Below are positions 44,732-52,925 of a DNA stretch of 64,000 nucleotides, one piece after another (positions within the stretch are counted from its first letter, which is position 1; each line of letters opens with the position of its first letter). The translations under genes and the position numbers were made by a program. Location of the stretch: assembly GCA_050184075.1 (NCBI GenBank), contig JBFXAS010000001.1, forward strand, positions 32,013 through 96,012, written 5' to 3'. A model generated the notes under the pieces. The model saw only the letters and a list, made by a program, of their open reading frames with translations. It made no database searches and had not been told where the DNA came from. This stretch comes from Gemmatimonadales bacterium (GTDB lineage: Bacteria > Gemmatimonadota > Gemmatimonadetes > Gemmatimonadales > GWC2-71-9).

Positions 44732-47446
44732 ATGCGAAGACTCTCCGAGCTGCTCTTCCGGCTCCGCGCGCTGCTCGGGATGGGAAAGATGGAGCGGGAG
44801 CTCGACGAGGAGGTCGCCTTCCACGTCGAGATGGAGACCAGGAAGTACCTCGCCCAGGGCTTCTCACCCGAGGCCGCACGGGCCCAGGCGCTCGCGGCCT
44901 TCGGTCCGGTGACCCGACAGAAGCAGACCATACGCGACGGCTGGGGCATCGGCCTGGTGCGAGACGCGCTCCACGACACCCGGCTGGCGCTTCGCCAGCT
45001 CCGCTTTTCCCCGGGCTTCACCGCCACCGTCCTGGTGACCCTCGCGCTCGGGATCGGCGCCACCACCGCGATCGCGAGCATCGCGCGCCAGGTGCTGCTC
45101 CGGAGCGCGCCGGTCGAGGAGCCCGATCGGCTGGTGGCCGTCTACACCAGCTGCCGCCGCGGCGATCTCCGCTGCACCACGTCCTACCCCGACTACCTGA
45201 GCCTCCAGTCGGGCACGACCAGCCTGACCGACCTCGCGGCCATCAGCACGATCCCGCTCAACCTGGGCACCGAGGAGACCGCCTTCCTCGCCACCGGCGA
45301 GCTGGTGACCGGTAACTACTTCTCGCTGCTCGGCGTCGCGCCGCACCTCGGCCGCCTGATCCAGCAAGGTGACGACCGGCAGGGCGGTGCCAACGCCGTC
45401 GTGGTGCTGAGCTACGACTTCTGGCGCACCGCCTTGGGCGCCGACTCGAGCGTGGTCGGCCGCACCGTGCAGCTCAACCAGGTGCCTTTCGAGGTGATCG
45501 GCATCGGGCCGCGGGGCTACGCCGGCCTCCAGCTCGCCCGCCCGCGCGACCTCTGGCTGCCGATGTTCTCCGCCACCACGCTCGGCAGCGCCGTCGGCGC
45601 CGCCGGGTCTCCCGACACCTACGAGAATCGCCGATCCCGCTGGGCCGGCCCGTTGATCGGTCGGCTGGCCGACGGTGCCGAGCTCGGGGCCGCGCAGGCG
45701 GAGCTCCGGACCATCGGTCAGAATCTCGCCGCCGAGTATCCCGAGGAGTGGGCCGCGGTGGGCGGCTCGCGCCAGGTCACCGTCGATCCGGCGGGCCGCT
45801 ACATCCTCCCGGTCGGCCGGGAGGCGGAGCTCCGCGACTTCCTCTTCCTGCTGCTCGGTACCGTGGCCTTCGCGCTGCTCCTCGCCTCGGCCAACGTCGC
45901 CAACCTGCTGCTCGCCCGGGCCACCGCGCGCGGCCGCGAGCTCGGCGTGCAGCTCGCCGTCGGCGCCAGCCGGGCCAGGCTGGTCCGCAAGCTGGTCACC
46001 GAGAGTCTGGTGCTGGGCCTCCTCGGCTCGGCCGCCGGTCTCGGCGTGGCGGCGCTGATGCTCCGTCTGCTCTCGTCCTACGAGCTGCCCGGCGGGGTCG
46101 CGATCAGCGGGCTCGGCATCACCCTCGACCGGGGCCTCCTCGCGCTCGCGATCGGGCTCGCGATCTCGACCTCGCTGCTCTTCGGGCTGGCGCCCGCGTG
46201 GCACGCCACCCGGCAGGACCTGATCGCCTCGATCAAAGGCGGCGTCAACGACGACGGCCGCGGCGTGGCCCGAGTGCGTCGCGGCCTGGTGACGGTCCAG
46301 GTGGCGCTCTGTCTCATCCTGCTGGCCGGATCGGCCGTGTTCGCCCGCACGCTCCGGAACAGTCTCCGAGCCGACCTGGGCTACCAGCCCGATCGGTCGG
46401 CCCTGCTCCGTTTCAACACCAGCCTGCTCCGCTACACGCCCGAGCAGAGCACCGCCATGCGGGCCCAGCTGCTCGAGCGGGTCCGGGCGCTGCCCGAGGT
46501 CTCCGCGGCGGCGATCGCCACCCTGACGCCGTTCCAGGGCGGCGGCTTCCAGGGCTTCTTCGCCACGATCGGCGGCTACGCCCCTGCGCCCAACGAGGAG
46601 ATCCGCTTCGACGCGGTCATGGTCACCGACGGCTACTTCGAGGCGCTCGGCATTCCGATCGTCGACGGGCGGCCGATCGCGGCCACCGACGGGCCCGACG
46701 CGCCGCCCGTCGCGGTGATCAATCGTCACGCGGCGGAGCTCTACTGGAAGGGTCGCTCCCCCGTCGGTGGAACCATCTCCTTCGGCGACCAGCTCCAGGC
46801 CACCGTCGTGGGGGTGACCGACAACCCGACCTGGCAGGCCATCGGCGAGGATCCGACACCCTTCGTCTTCCTCCCGCTCGACCAGCTGCGCGACTACGCC
46901 GCCCGCGGCTTCCTCACCCTGGCGATCCGCACCCCGGGTGACCCGGCCTCCGCCGTGCGCAGCGCGGCCGCCGCCTTTCGCGAGGTGGTGCCCGGTCTCT
47001 CGCCGAGCGTGACGGCCACCATGGAGACCCTGATCGGCGAGACCCTGATGCCGCAACGACTCGGCTCGATGCTGCTCACCTCGTTCGGCGCGCTGGCGTT
47101 GGTGCTGGCGGGAGTGGGGATCTACGGCGTGGTCGGCTACGGGGTGACCCAGCGGGCTCGGGAGATCGGGATCCGGATCGCGATCGGCGCGTCACAGGTG
47201 GGCGTGATGCGCTCCGTCTTCCTCGACATGACGGGACCGGTGCTGGTCGGCCTGGCGGTGGGAATCGGTGGCTCGCTGGCTCTGGCCAGGACGGTGGCGA
47301 GCTTCACCTACCAGGCCGACCCCGCCGACCCGCTCGCGCTCGGCCTGGTGGCCCTGGTGCTGCTCCTGATCGGCGGGGTGGCCACCCTGATCCCCGCGCG
47401 GCGCGCGGCCCGGATCGACCCGGTGCGGGTGCTCTCGATCGACTGA
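44732..47446 (+). CDS. ADOP-family duplicated MacB-like permease with N-terminal permease-prefix domain
   Basis: Start MRRLSELLFRLRALLGMGKMERELDEEVAFHVEME (GGAG SD). RLALRQLRFSPGFTATVLVTLALGIGATTAI. Two FtsX modules. Confidence 0.85.
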   Translation: MRRLSELLFRLRALLGMGKMERELDEEVAFHVEMETRKYLAQGFSPEAARAQALAAFGPVTRQKQTIRDGWGIGLVRDALHDTRLALRQLRFSPGFTATVLVTLALGIGATTAIASIARQVLLRSAPVEEPDRLVAVYTSCRRGDLRCTTSYPDYLSLQSGTTSLTDLAAISTIPLNLGTEETAFLATGELVTGNYFSLLGVAPHLGRLIQQGDDRQGGANAVVVLSYDFWRTALGADSSVVGRTVQLNQVPFEVIGIGPRGYAGLQLARPRDLWLPMFSATTLGSAVGAAGSPDTYENRRSRWAGPLIGRLADGAELGAAQAELRTIGQNLAAEYPEEWAAVGGSRQVTVDPAGRYILPVGREAELRDFLFLLLGTVAFALLLASANVANLLLARATARGRELGVQLAVGASRARLVRKLVTESLVLGLLGSAAGLGVAALMLRLLSSYELPGGVAISGLGITLDRGLLALAIGLAISTSLLFGLAPAWHATRQDLIASIKGGVNDDGRGVARVRRGLVTVQVALCLILLAGSAVFARTLRNSLRADLGYQPDRSALLRFNTSLLRYTPEQSTAMRAQLLERVRALPEVSAAAIATLTPFQGGGFQGFFATIGGYAPAPNEEIRFDAVMVTDGYFEALGIPIVDGRPIAATDGPDAPPVAVINRHAAELYWKGRSPVGGTISFGDQLQATVVGVTDNPTWQAIGEDPTPFVFLPLDQLRDYAARGFLTLAIRTPGDPASAVRSAAAAFREVVPGLSPSVTATMETLIGETLMPQRLGSMLLTSFGALALVLAGVGIYGVVGYGVTQRAREIGIRIAIGASQVGVMRSVFLDMTGPVLVGLAVGIGGSLALARTVASFTYQADPADPLALGLVALVLLLIGGVATLIPARRAARIDPVRVLSID

Positions 47447-47449
47447 CGC

Positions 47450-49285
47450 CTAACGACCGCGCGCCCGGTTGTCGAAGTAGAGCGCGCCGCCGCTCACGGT
47501 GCCGACCACCAGGTCGAGGTCCCCGTCGCCGTCGAGGTCGCCGAGCGTCGGGGCCGAGATCGGCGGCACGTCCACGCTCCAGGTCGAGTCCCGCACGAAG
47601 CGCGGCTCGGTCCGACTGCCCTCGTTCCGGTAGAGCACCACGCCCTCGCTGTCCGACCCGATCAGGAGGTCGAGGTCGCCGTCGCCGTCCAGATCGGCGA
47701 ACGCCGGCGCGCTCCGCCGCCCGACGTCGATCTCGAGGTACTGGTCGCTCACCAGCACGAAGCGCGGCTCCGTGGGGCCGCCGTCGTTCCGGTAGTAGTT
47801 GAGCGCGCCGGAGGCCTCGCCGATCAGCAGGTCCAAGTCGCCGTCGCCGTCCAGATCGCCCAGCGCCGGGGTGGTGTTGCTCCCCCGGGTGATGGTGACC
47901 AGCGCGCTGTCGACCAGGCTGAGCTTCATCGCCCGCGCGTCGCCGTCGTTCCGGAAGTAGGCCAGCTTGGCCACCCACGAGCCCAGGATCAGGTCGAGAT
48001 CGCCGTCGCCGTCCAGGTCGCCCCAGGCCGGCGCGTAGTGATAGGTGCCGGTGATGCCCAGGTCGCCCCGGAGCACGTAGCTCGGCGCGGCCCTGGTGCC
48101 GACGTTCTCGTAGCGGTAGATCCGGGCCGTCTGCGACTCGTCCGGCTCGATCTTGTTGGCGAGCAGGAGGTCCAGGTCGCCGTCGCCGTCGAGGTCGACC
48201 AGACTCGGGATGCTCTCGCTCCCCACGTCGATGGTCGGCAGGAACTGTCCGGTCCGCCGCACCCAGTTGCCGGCCGCGTCGCGAGTCAGATAGTGCAGGT
48301 TCTCGATCGTGGTCGCGATTGGATTGAACGCGCCGCCCAACACCCCGACCAGGAGATCGGGCTTTCCGTCGCCATCGAGGTCGCCGAAGGCGGGCGCGTT
48401 GTAGCCGCTGGTGAGCAGCGGGTCGTTCCGCGGGAAGCGGACCGGCTCGGTCCGGAGCGAGGGCGAGCTGCAGGAGGCGCCCGTGTTCTCGATCAGCAGG
48501 AGCCCCTGCTCGAAGAAGTCGCCCCAGAACAGATCGAGATCGCCGTCGCCGTCGTAGTCGGCGAAGGCCATCGTGTTGGCCCCGTGCATGCTCCCAAACT
48601 CGTTGTTGACGATCTCGATGTCTTCGAACCGATCGGTCAGGTGCTGGAACTTGGGCAGCGGGACGCCCTTCTCGGTCGCCTCGTAGTGGATGATGTTGCC
48701 CGTGATCCGGCCGATGAAGAGATCGATCAGCCCGTCGCAGTCGAGATCCACCGCCTGCGCGATGTTCTGCCGATCGGCGAAGATCGCCGTGCCGTCGGCC
48801 GCCCGCAGGCTGTCCCGCGCCGGCACGAAGGCCGGCGCCACCGGGGTGCCTCCCTCGTTCCGATAGGCGCGGATGTAGCTGAAGGGCCACTCGGCCAGCA
48901 GGTCGCTGTCGCCGTCGCCGTCGAAGTCCACAAACCGCGACCACTCGCCCACGTCCAGGTTGCCGAACCGGTTGGTGACGTAACGGAAGCGGGGGAATCC
49001 CTGCGACTCGCCCTCCCGGAGCAGCAGCGTCAGCCGGCCGCCGAACTCCTGCACCACCAGGTCGAGATCGCCGTCCTTGTCGAGGTCGAGGAGCTGCGGC
49101 CGCGGCACGTTGAACCCGCCGAGGAAGGCAAGATCGAGCGAACGGCCCGCCGAGTCCGCCACCGGAAAGGGCGACGGGTCATAGACGAACCCCTCCCCGA
49201 CGGACGGTGCCGGCGGGGAGGCGGTCGGACTGGGGGACGAGCAGGCGGCGAGGGCGAACAGCCCGACCAGCGCGCGCCGACTCAA
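47450..49285 (-). CDS. FG-GAP/VCBS repeat lipoprotein
   Basis: TTG at 49285 overlaps the TGA of the upstream gene (TTGA) and gives MSRRALVGLFALAACSS (lipobox). At least 8 repeats contain DxDGDGDxDL loops (DLDKDGDLDL, DFDGDGDSDL, DLDGDGDLDL...). Confidence 0.8.
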   Translation of the reverse strand: MSRRALVGLFALAACSSPSPTASPPAPSVGEGFVYDPSPFPVADSAGRSLDLAFLGGFNVPRPQLLDLDKDGDLDLVVQEFGGRLTLLLREGESQGFPRFRYVTNRFGNLDVGEWSRFVDFDGDGDSDLLAEWPFSYIRAYRNEGGTPVAPAFVPARDSLRAADGTAIFADRQNIAQAVDLDCDGLIDLFIGRITGNIIHYEATEKGVPLPKFQHLTDRFEDIEIVNNEFGSMHGANTMAFADYDGDGDLDLFWGDFFEQGLLLIENTGASCSSPSLRTEPVRFPRNDPLLTSGYNAPAFGDLDGDGKPDLLVGVLGGAFNPIATTIENLHYLTRDAAGNWVRRTGQFLPTIDVGSESIPSLVDLDGDGDLDLLLANKIEPDESQTARIYRYENVGTRAAPSYVLRGDLGITGTYHYAPAWGDLDGDGDLDLILGSWVAKLAYFRNDGDARAMKLSLVDSALVTITRGSNTTPALGDLDGDGDLDLLIGEASGALNYYRNDGGPTEPRFVLVSDQYLEIDVGRRSAPAFADLDGDGDLDLLIGSDSEGVVLYRNEGSRTEPRFVRDSTWSVDVPPISAPTLGDLDGDGDLDLVVGTVSGGALYFDNRARGR

Positions 49286-50379
49286 TGGCAGGCGGCCGGC
49301 GCGGCCGGAGGCTTCGCGGGCACCGGTGCGCCGATCCCGGCCCCGTAGTGGCCGATCGGGGTCACCGACGCCACCTGCTTCGTGGGAATGCAGATGGCCA
49401 CCAGCGTGCCGGTGCCGGTCGCCTTGTGGCCCTCGTGGTCGTGCGCGCCACCCGACTGATGCCGGTTGCTGACGTAGACGTACTGCCCGTCGGCCGAGAG
49501 CGCGACGCCATGCGGCTGACTGAAGCCCTCGCCCTGGACCGTGGTCACCTTGTCCCACGACTTGGTGTCGAGCACCGTGACCGTGTTGGCGTCGAGGTTG
49601 GTGACGAAGAGCAGCGTCCCGTCGTAGGTGAAGGTGGCCTCGAACGGGCCGCCGCCCACCTTGACGGCCCGCCAGAAGGTCGGCTTCGCGGGATTGCTCG
49701 CGTCGAAGAGCATCACGTTCCCGCTGGTCGAGGCCGTCGCCGCCAGCCAGCGCCCGTCGGGCGAGACCGAGAGCTGAGTCAGGGTGTGCGACGGTCCGGC
49801 CACGTCCACCAGCTCCGATTGGCCGTCCTCGAGCCGGATGCTCGCCAGCTGATTGACGCCCAGACTCGCGACGAAGACGTACTCGCCGCCCGGGTGGATC
49901 ACGATCCCGTGCGGCCGCGGAAAGAAGACGTCGTACTCCTCGACCAGCTTCATGCTGGAGCGCGTGATCAACCCGATCCGCATCGGCGGGTTCACCGCGC
50001 TCATCGAGCGCGCGAAGACCAGCAGGTCCTGGGTCGGATGCAGGGTCAGGAGCCCCGGCACCTCGGTATCGATCGAGCCGACCACCGTGTTGCGCCGGTC
50101 GAGCTTGAGCACCTTGCCCGCCCCGATCAGGGAGAGATACCAGTAGCTCCCGTCCGGCTCCACCTGGATATGGTGCGGCTTGGGATTGCCGCCGTACCCC
50201 ATCGCCTTGAAGTCGACCGTCTCGATCACTTTCCGCGTGGCCGCGTCGAGCACGCTGACGGTGCCGTCGTCCTGGTTGGTGACGTAGAACCGCCCGCCGC
50301 CCTGCTGCGCCGCCGCGGTCCCGGCCGTCAACGCCAGGGCGCTCGCCAGGACCGCCGCTACCACCCCTCGCTTCACCAC
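49282..50379 (-). CDS. YVTN/YncE-like beta-propeller protein, secreted
   Basis: GTG start with a GGGAGGAG SD. Signal peptide MVKRGVVAAVLASALALTAGTAAAQ. Repeated FYVTNQDDGTVSVLD / LFVTNLDANTVTVLD / VYVSNRH motifs. C-terminal His-rich SGGAHDHEGHK, ending ...AACH. Confidence 0.75.
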   Translation of the reverse strand: MVKRGVVAAVLASALALTAGTAAAQQGGGRFYVTNQDDGTVSVLDAATRKVIETVDFKAMGYGGNPKPHHIQVEPDGSYWYLSLIGAGKVLKLDRRNTVVGSIDTEVPGLLTLHPTQDLLVFARSMSAVNPPMRIGLITRSSMKLVEEYDVFFPRPHGIVIHPGGEYVFVASLGVNQLASIRLEDGQSELVDVAGPSHTLTQLSVSPDGRWLAATASTSGNVMLFDASNPAKPTFWRAVKVGGGPFEATFTYDGTLLFVTNLDANTVTVLDTKSWDKVTTVQGEGFSQPHGVALSADGQYVYVSNRHQSGGAHDHEGHKATGTGTLVAICIPTKQVASVTPIGHYGAGIGAPVPAKPPAAPAACH

Positions 50380-50395
50380 TCGACTCCTCCCTCGC

Positions 50396-52801
50396 TCACG
50401 GAATCGGCCGTTCGGGCCGGTGCCGCACCAGGAACAGCCCTTCCCGCATGCTGCTCACGATGATCGTGCCGCTCTTGAAATACGGATAGTTGCTCCAGGA
50501 GCCCGCGAAGCCCGGGATGTTCTCACCGAACGGCACGGTGTCGAGGTAGCCCACCTCGCGGAGATTCTTGGGATCGCTCACGTCGATCACCCGGAGGCCG
50601 GCCACGTAGTTCGACTGGAAGAGGTAGTTCCCCTTCACGTACATGTTGTGGTCGGTGGCCGAGGTGGCGCCCATGAACTCGCCCACCAGGACGGGCTCCT
50701 CGAGGCTCTCGACGTCCCAGACGATGGTCCGGGTCTTGGGCGTCTTGCCCGCGATCTCGTCGCCCTCGTCGTTCAGGAAGAAGTACTTGTGGTCCTCGCT
50801 CAGCCATCCCTGGTGCGCGAAGACCGTATTGGGATAGGCCGCCACCGCGATCGGCTTGGAGACCGGCTTCTCCGTCATGTCGGCGATCCCGACCGCCGTG
50901 GCCGACGCGTTGAAGCAGACCTCTTTCCCCTTGTACTTGGCGTCGGGACCGTGATAGACCACGCACTGCGAGTCGTGGGTCGAGCCGGTGCCGTTGCCGG
51001 TCGACTTGTCGGCGAAGCAGCCCGCGAACTTCGGCGCCAGCGGATCGCGGATGTCGATCATGTGCAGCGCGCCGCCGCAGGTCTCCCCGCCGCCGCTCGC
51101 GCTCACCGCGTAGGCGAACCCGGTCCCCTCGTTGATCACGATGTTGTGCGCGCTCGCGATCCCGTCGTAGTGCGCGGTCTCCTTGAAGGTGACCGGCCCG
51201 CCGGTGACGTTGAGCAGCTGCGTCAGGTCGAACACCTGCACCCCGTGCGGTCCCGCGTTGTCCGAGACGACGAAGGCGTAGTTCTTGTACGTCTTGATGT
51301 CGCGCCAGATGTTGGGGTGCGCGCCCGCGTGCAGGGGGAGCTCGCCCAGGTACCTGGGATTGCCGGGATCGGTGATCTCGACGAACGCGGTGCCGTCCAT
51401 CCGCCCGACCAGCGCGAACTCCCGACCGCTCGCCTCGTCGGTCCAGCCCCACAGGTCGTTCACCATGATCCCGCGCCCGGCACCCAGCGCCGAGGTCGGC
51501 AGGAAGGAGAGCAGGTCGACGTTTTTGCACTCGAAGCCTTCGACCTCGGTGCCGGTGCAACGATGCTCCGCCCCGGTGATGGCCGGCATGCTCTCGGGCC
51601 GATCGACGATGGTGCCCCGCGCCGCCCAGCGTCCCGCGCCGTCCCGCCCGAAGACGTAGCCCACGCCCTCGAAGAAGTCCGCGCCCGGCGCGGCCACGAT
51701 CGCGAGGTCGCCCCGGACCGCGGCCGAGGCACCGTAAGCGATCATCATCCCGACCGCGTCGACCGGCAGCTCCTGCGGCGCCGACCAGCCCGAGCCCTCG
51801 CGCCGGTAGGCATAGGTCGCGCCCTTGGCCTGGTTGAGGTACGGCGCGCCCACCAGCAGCGCGTCGCCGTCCGCCGCCACCGCCGCGCCGAAGAGACCGC
51901 TCGGCACCGGGCCCTTCACGCTCGAGACCTCACGCCACTCGCCGCCCTCGCCGCGGAACTCCACCACCGCGCCCACTCGGGCCGTGCCCGGGGCCGAGAC
52001 GAAGAGCGAGGGCCCGCTGGCGGCGAGCGCGAAGCCGAACAGCAGGGTGCTGTCGGCGCTCCCGACCAGTGTGGTCATCGCCCGCCAGTCGCCGCCGGCG
52101 CCGCCGAACAGCTGCACCGAGCCCGCCCGCGGCGGCTGCCCGCCGCCGAAGGGACCGCCGATCGGCGAGGGTCCGGGCGCGCCGATCGCGACCGTGCCGC
52201 CGACCTGGGCGATCGAGGCGCCGAAGTTGTCTCCGGCCTCACGCCCTCCGCCGATCCGGGTGGCCGTCCACGAGCCGCCGGTCTGGCGGAACGCGTAGGC
52301 CACGCCGCGGGCGGAGTCGCGACCCGGCGCCCCGACCACGATCACCCCACCACCGACCGCGATGGCGGTGCCGAACCGATCGCCCGCGCCCGCGCCAGGG
52401 GCGGCCAGCTTGGCCACCTGTCGCCAGCCCGACGCCGAGCGCTCGAACACGTACGCCGCGCCGACACCGTCGGCCGCCGCCGGAGCGCCCACCACCGCGA
52501 GATTGCCGTCGGCCGCGATCACCGACCCGAAGCCGTCGCCGAGCGCCACGTCGGACGCCGCGAAGTGGCCGGCCTCGGCCCAGGCCCCGCCCGCGCCGCG
52601 CCGGAACACCAGCACGCCGCCCGGATTGGAGGCCGGGAGCGGAAAGAGCGCGGAGCTGTTCGGCCGGCCCACCAGCAGCTCGTCGCCGGCGAAGGTGATC
52701 GCGGCGCCGAAGCCCACGAGAGGATTCGCGAGCGGTGCGGCCATCGGGGGCGGCGCCGCGGTCGCGAGGACGAGCGGAAGGACGGAGGTCAACGCCAGCA
52801 T
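50396..52801 (-). CDS. FG-GAP repeat N-terminal half + choice-of-anchor-B (LVIVD-like) beta-propeller C-terminal half
   Basis: Six units of the xFGxxhxxxGxxhhVGAP type (GFGSVIAADGNLAVVGAP, RFGTAIAVGGGVIVVGAP...). The C-terminal FECKNVDLLSFLP...NDLWGWTDEASGREFALVG...WRDIKTYKNYAFVVSD...HGVQVFDL matches choice-of-anchor-B proteins as I recall them. Confidence 0.75.
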   Translation of the reverse strand: MLALTSVLPLVLATAAPPPMAAPLANPLVGFGAAITFAGDELLVGRPNSSALFPLPASNPGGVLVFRRGAGGAWAEAGHFAASDVALGDGFGSVIAADGNLAVVGAPAAADGVGAAYVFERSASGWRQVAKLAAPGAGAGDRFGTAIAVGGGVIVVGAPGRDSARGVAYAFRQTGGSWTATRIGGGREAGDNFGASIAQVGGTVAIGAPGPSPIGGPFGGGQPPRAGSVQLFGGAGGDWRAMTTLVGSADSTLLFGFALAASGPSLFVSAPGTARVGAVVEFRGEGGEWREVSSVKGPVPSGLFGAAVAADGDALLVGAPYLNQAKGATYAYRREGSGWSAPQELPVDAVGMMIAYGASAAVRGDLAIVAAPGADFFEGVGYVFGRDGAGRWAARGTIVDRPESMPAITGAEHRCTGTEVEGFECKNVDLLSFLPTSALGAGRGIMVNDLWGWTDEASGREFALVGRMDGTAFVEITDPGNPRYLGELPLHAGAHPNIWRDIKTYKNYAFVVSDNAGPHGVQVFDLTQLLNVTGGPVTFKETAHYDGIASAHNIVINEGTGFAYAVSASGGGETCGGALHMIDIRDPLAPKFAGCFADKSTGNGTGSTHDSQCVVYHGPDAKYKGKEVCFNASATAVGIADMTEKPVSKPIAVAAYPNTVFAHQGWLSEDHKYFFLNDEGDEIAGKTPKTRTIVWDVESLEEPVLVGEFMGATSATDHNMYVKGNYLFQSNYVAGLRVIDVSDPKNLREVGYLDTVPFGENIPGFAGSWSNYPYFKSGTIIVSSMREGLFLVRHRPERPIP

Positions 52802-52925
52802 GAGAGAGAATTCACTCCGAGAAAGGGGAACTTCATTCGACGGTACGGCCCGGAAGGTGGCCGAGTTTCAGGGTTTTCGCCAGATTCCGAGCCCCTACGA
52901 TCCCCGTAACCCCCGGTGGCTTCTC

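Noticed and set aside
44864-47056. 730-aa minus-strand ORF
   Set aside because: It is antisense to the ADOP permease, which has clear FtsX/MacB motifs.
47500-49100. Periodic nucleotide repeats (gacctcgacggcgacggcgacctcgacctg-like)
   Set aside because: They encode the DxDGDGDxDL loops of FG-GAP repeats on the minus strand. This is protein-level repetition, not a non-coding array.
50420-52909. 829-aa plus-strand ORF
   Set aside because: It is antisense to the FG-GAP/choice-of-anchor-B gene. It is R/G/H/D-rich with no motifs.
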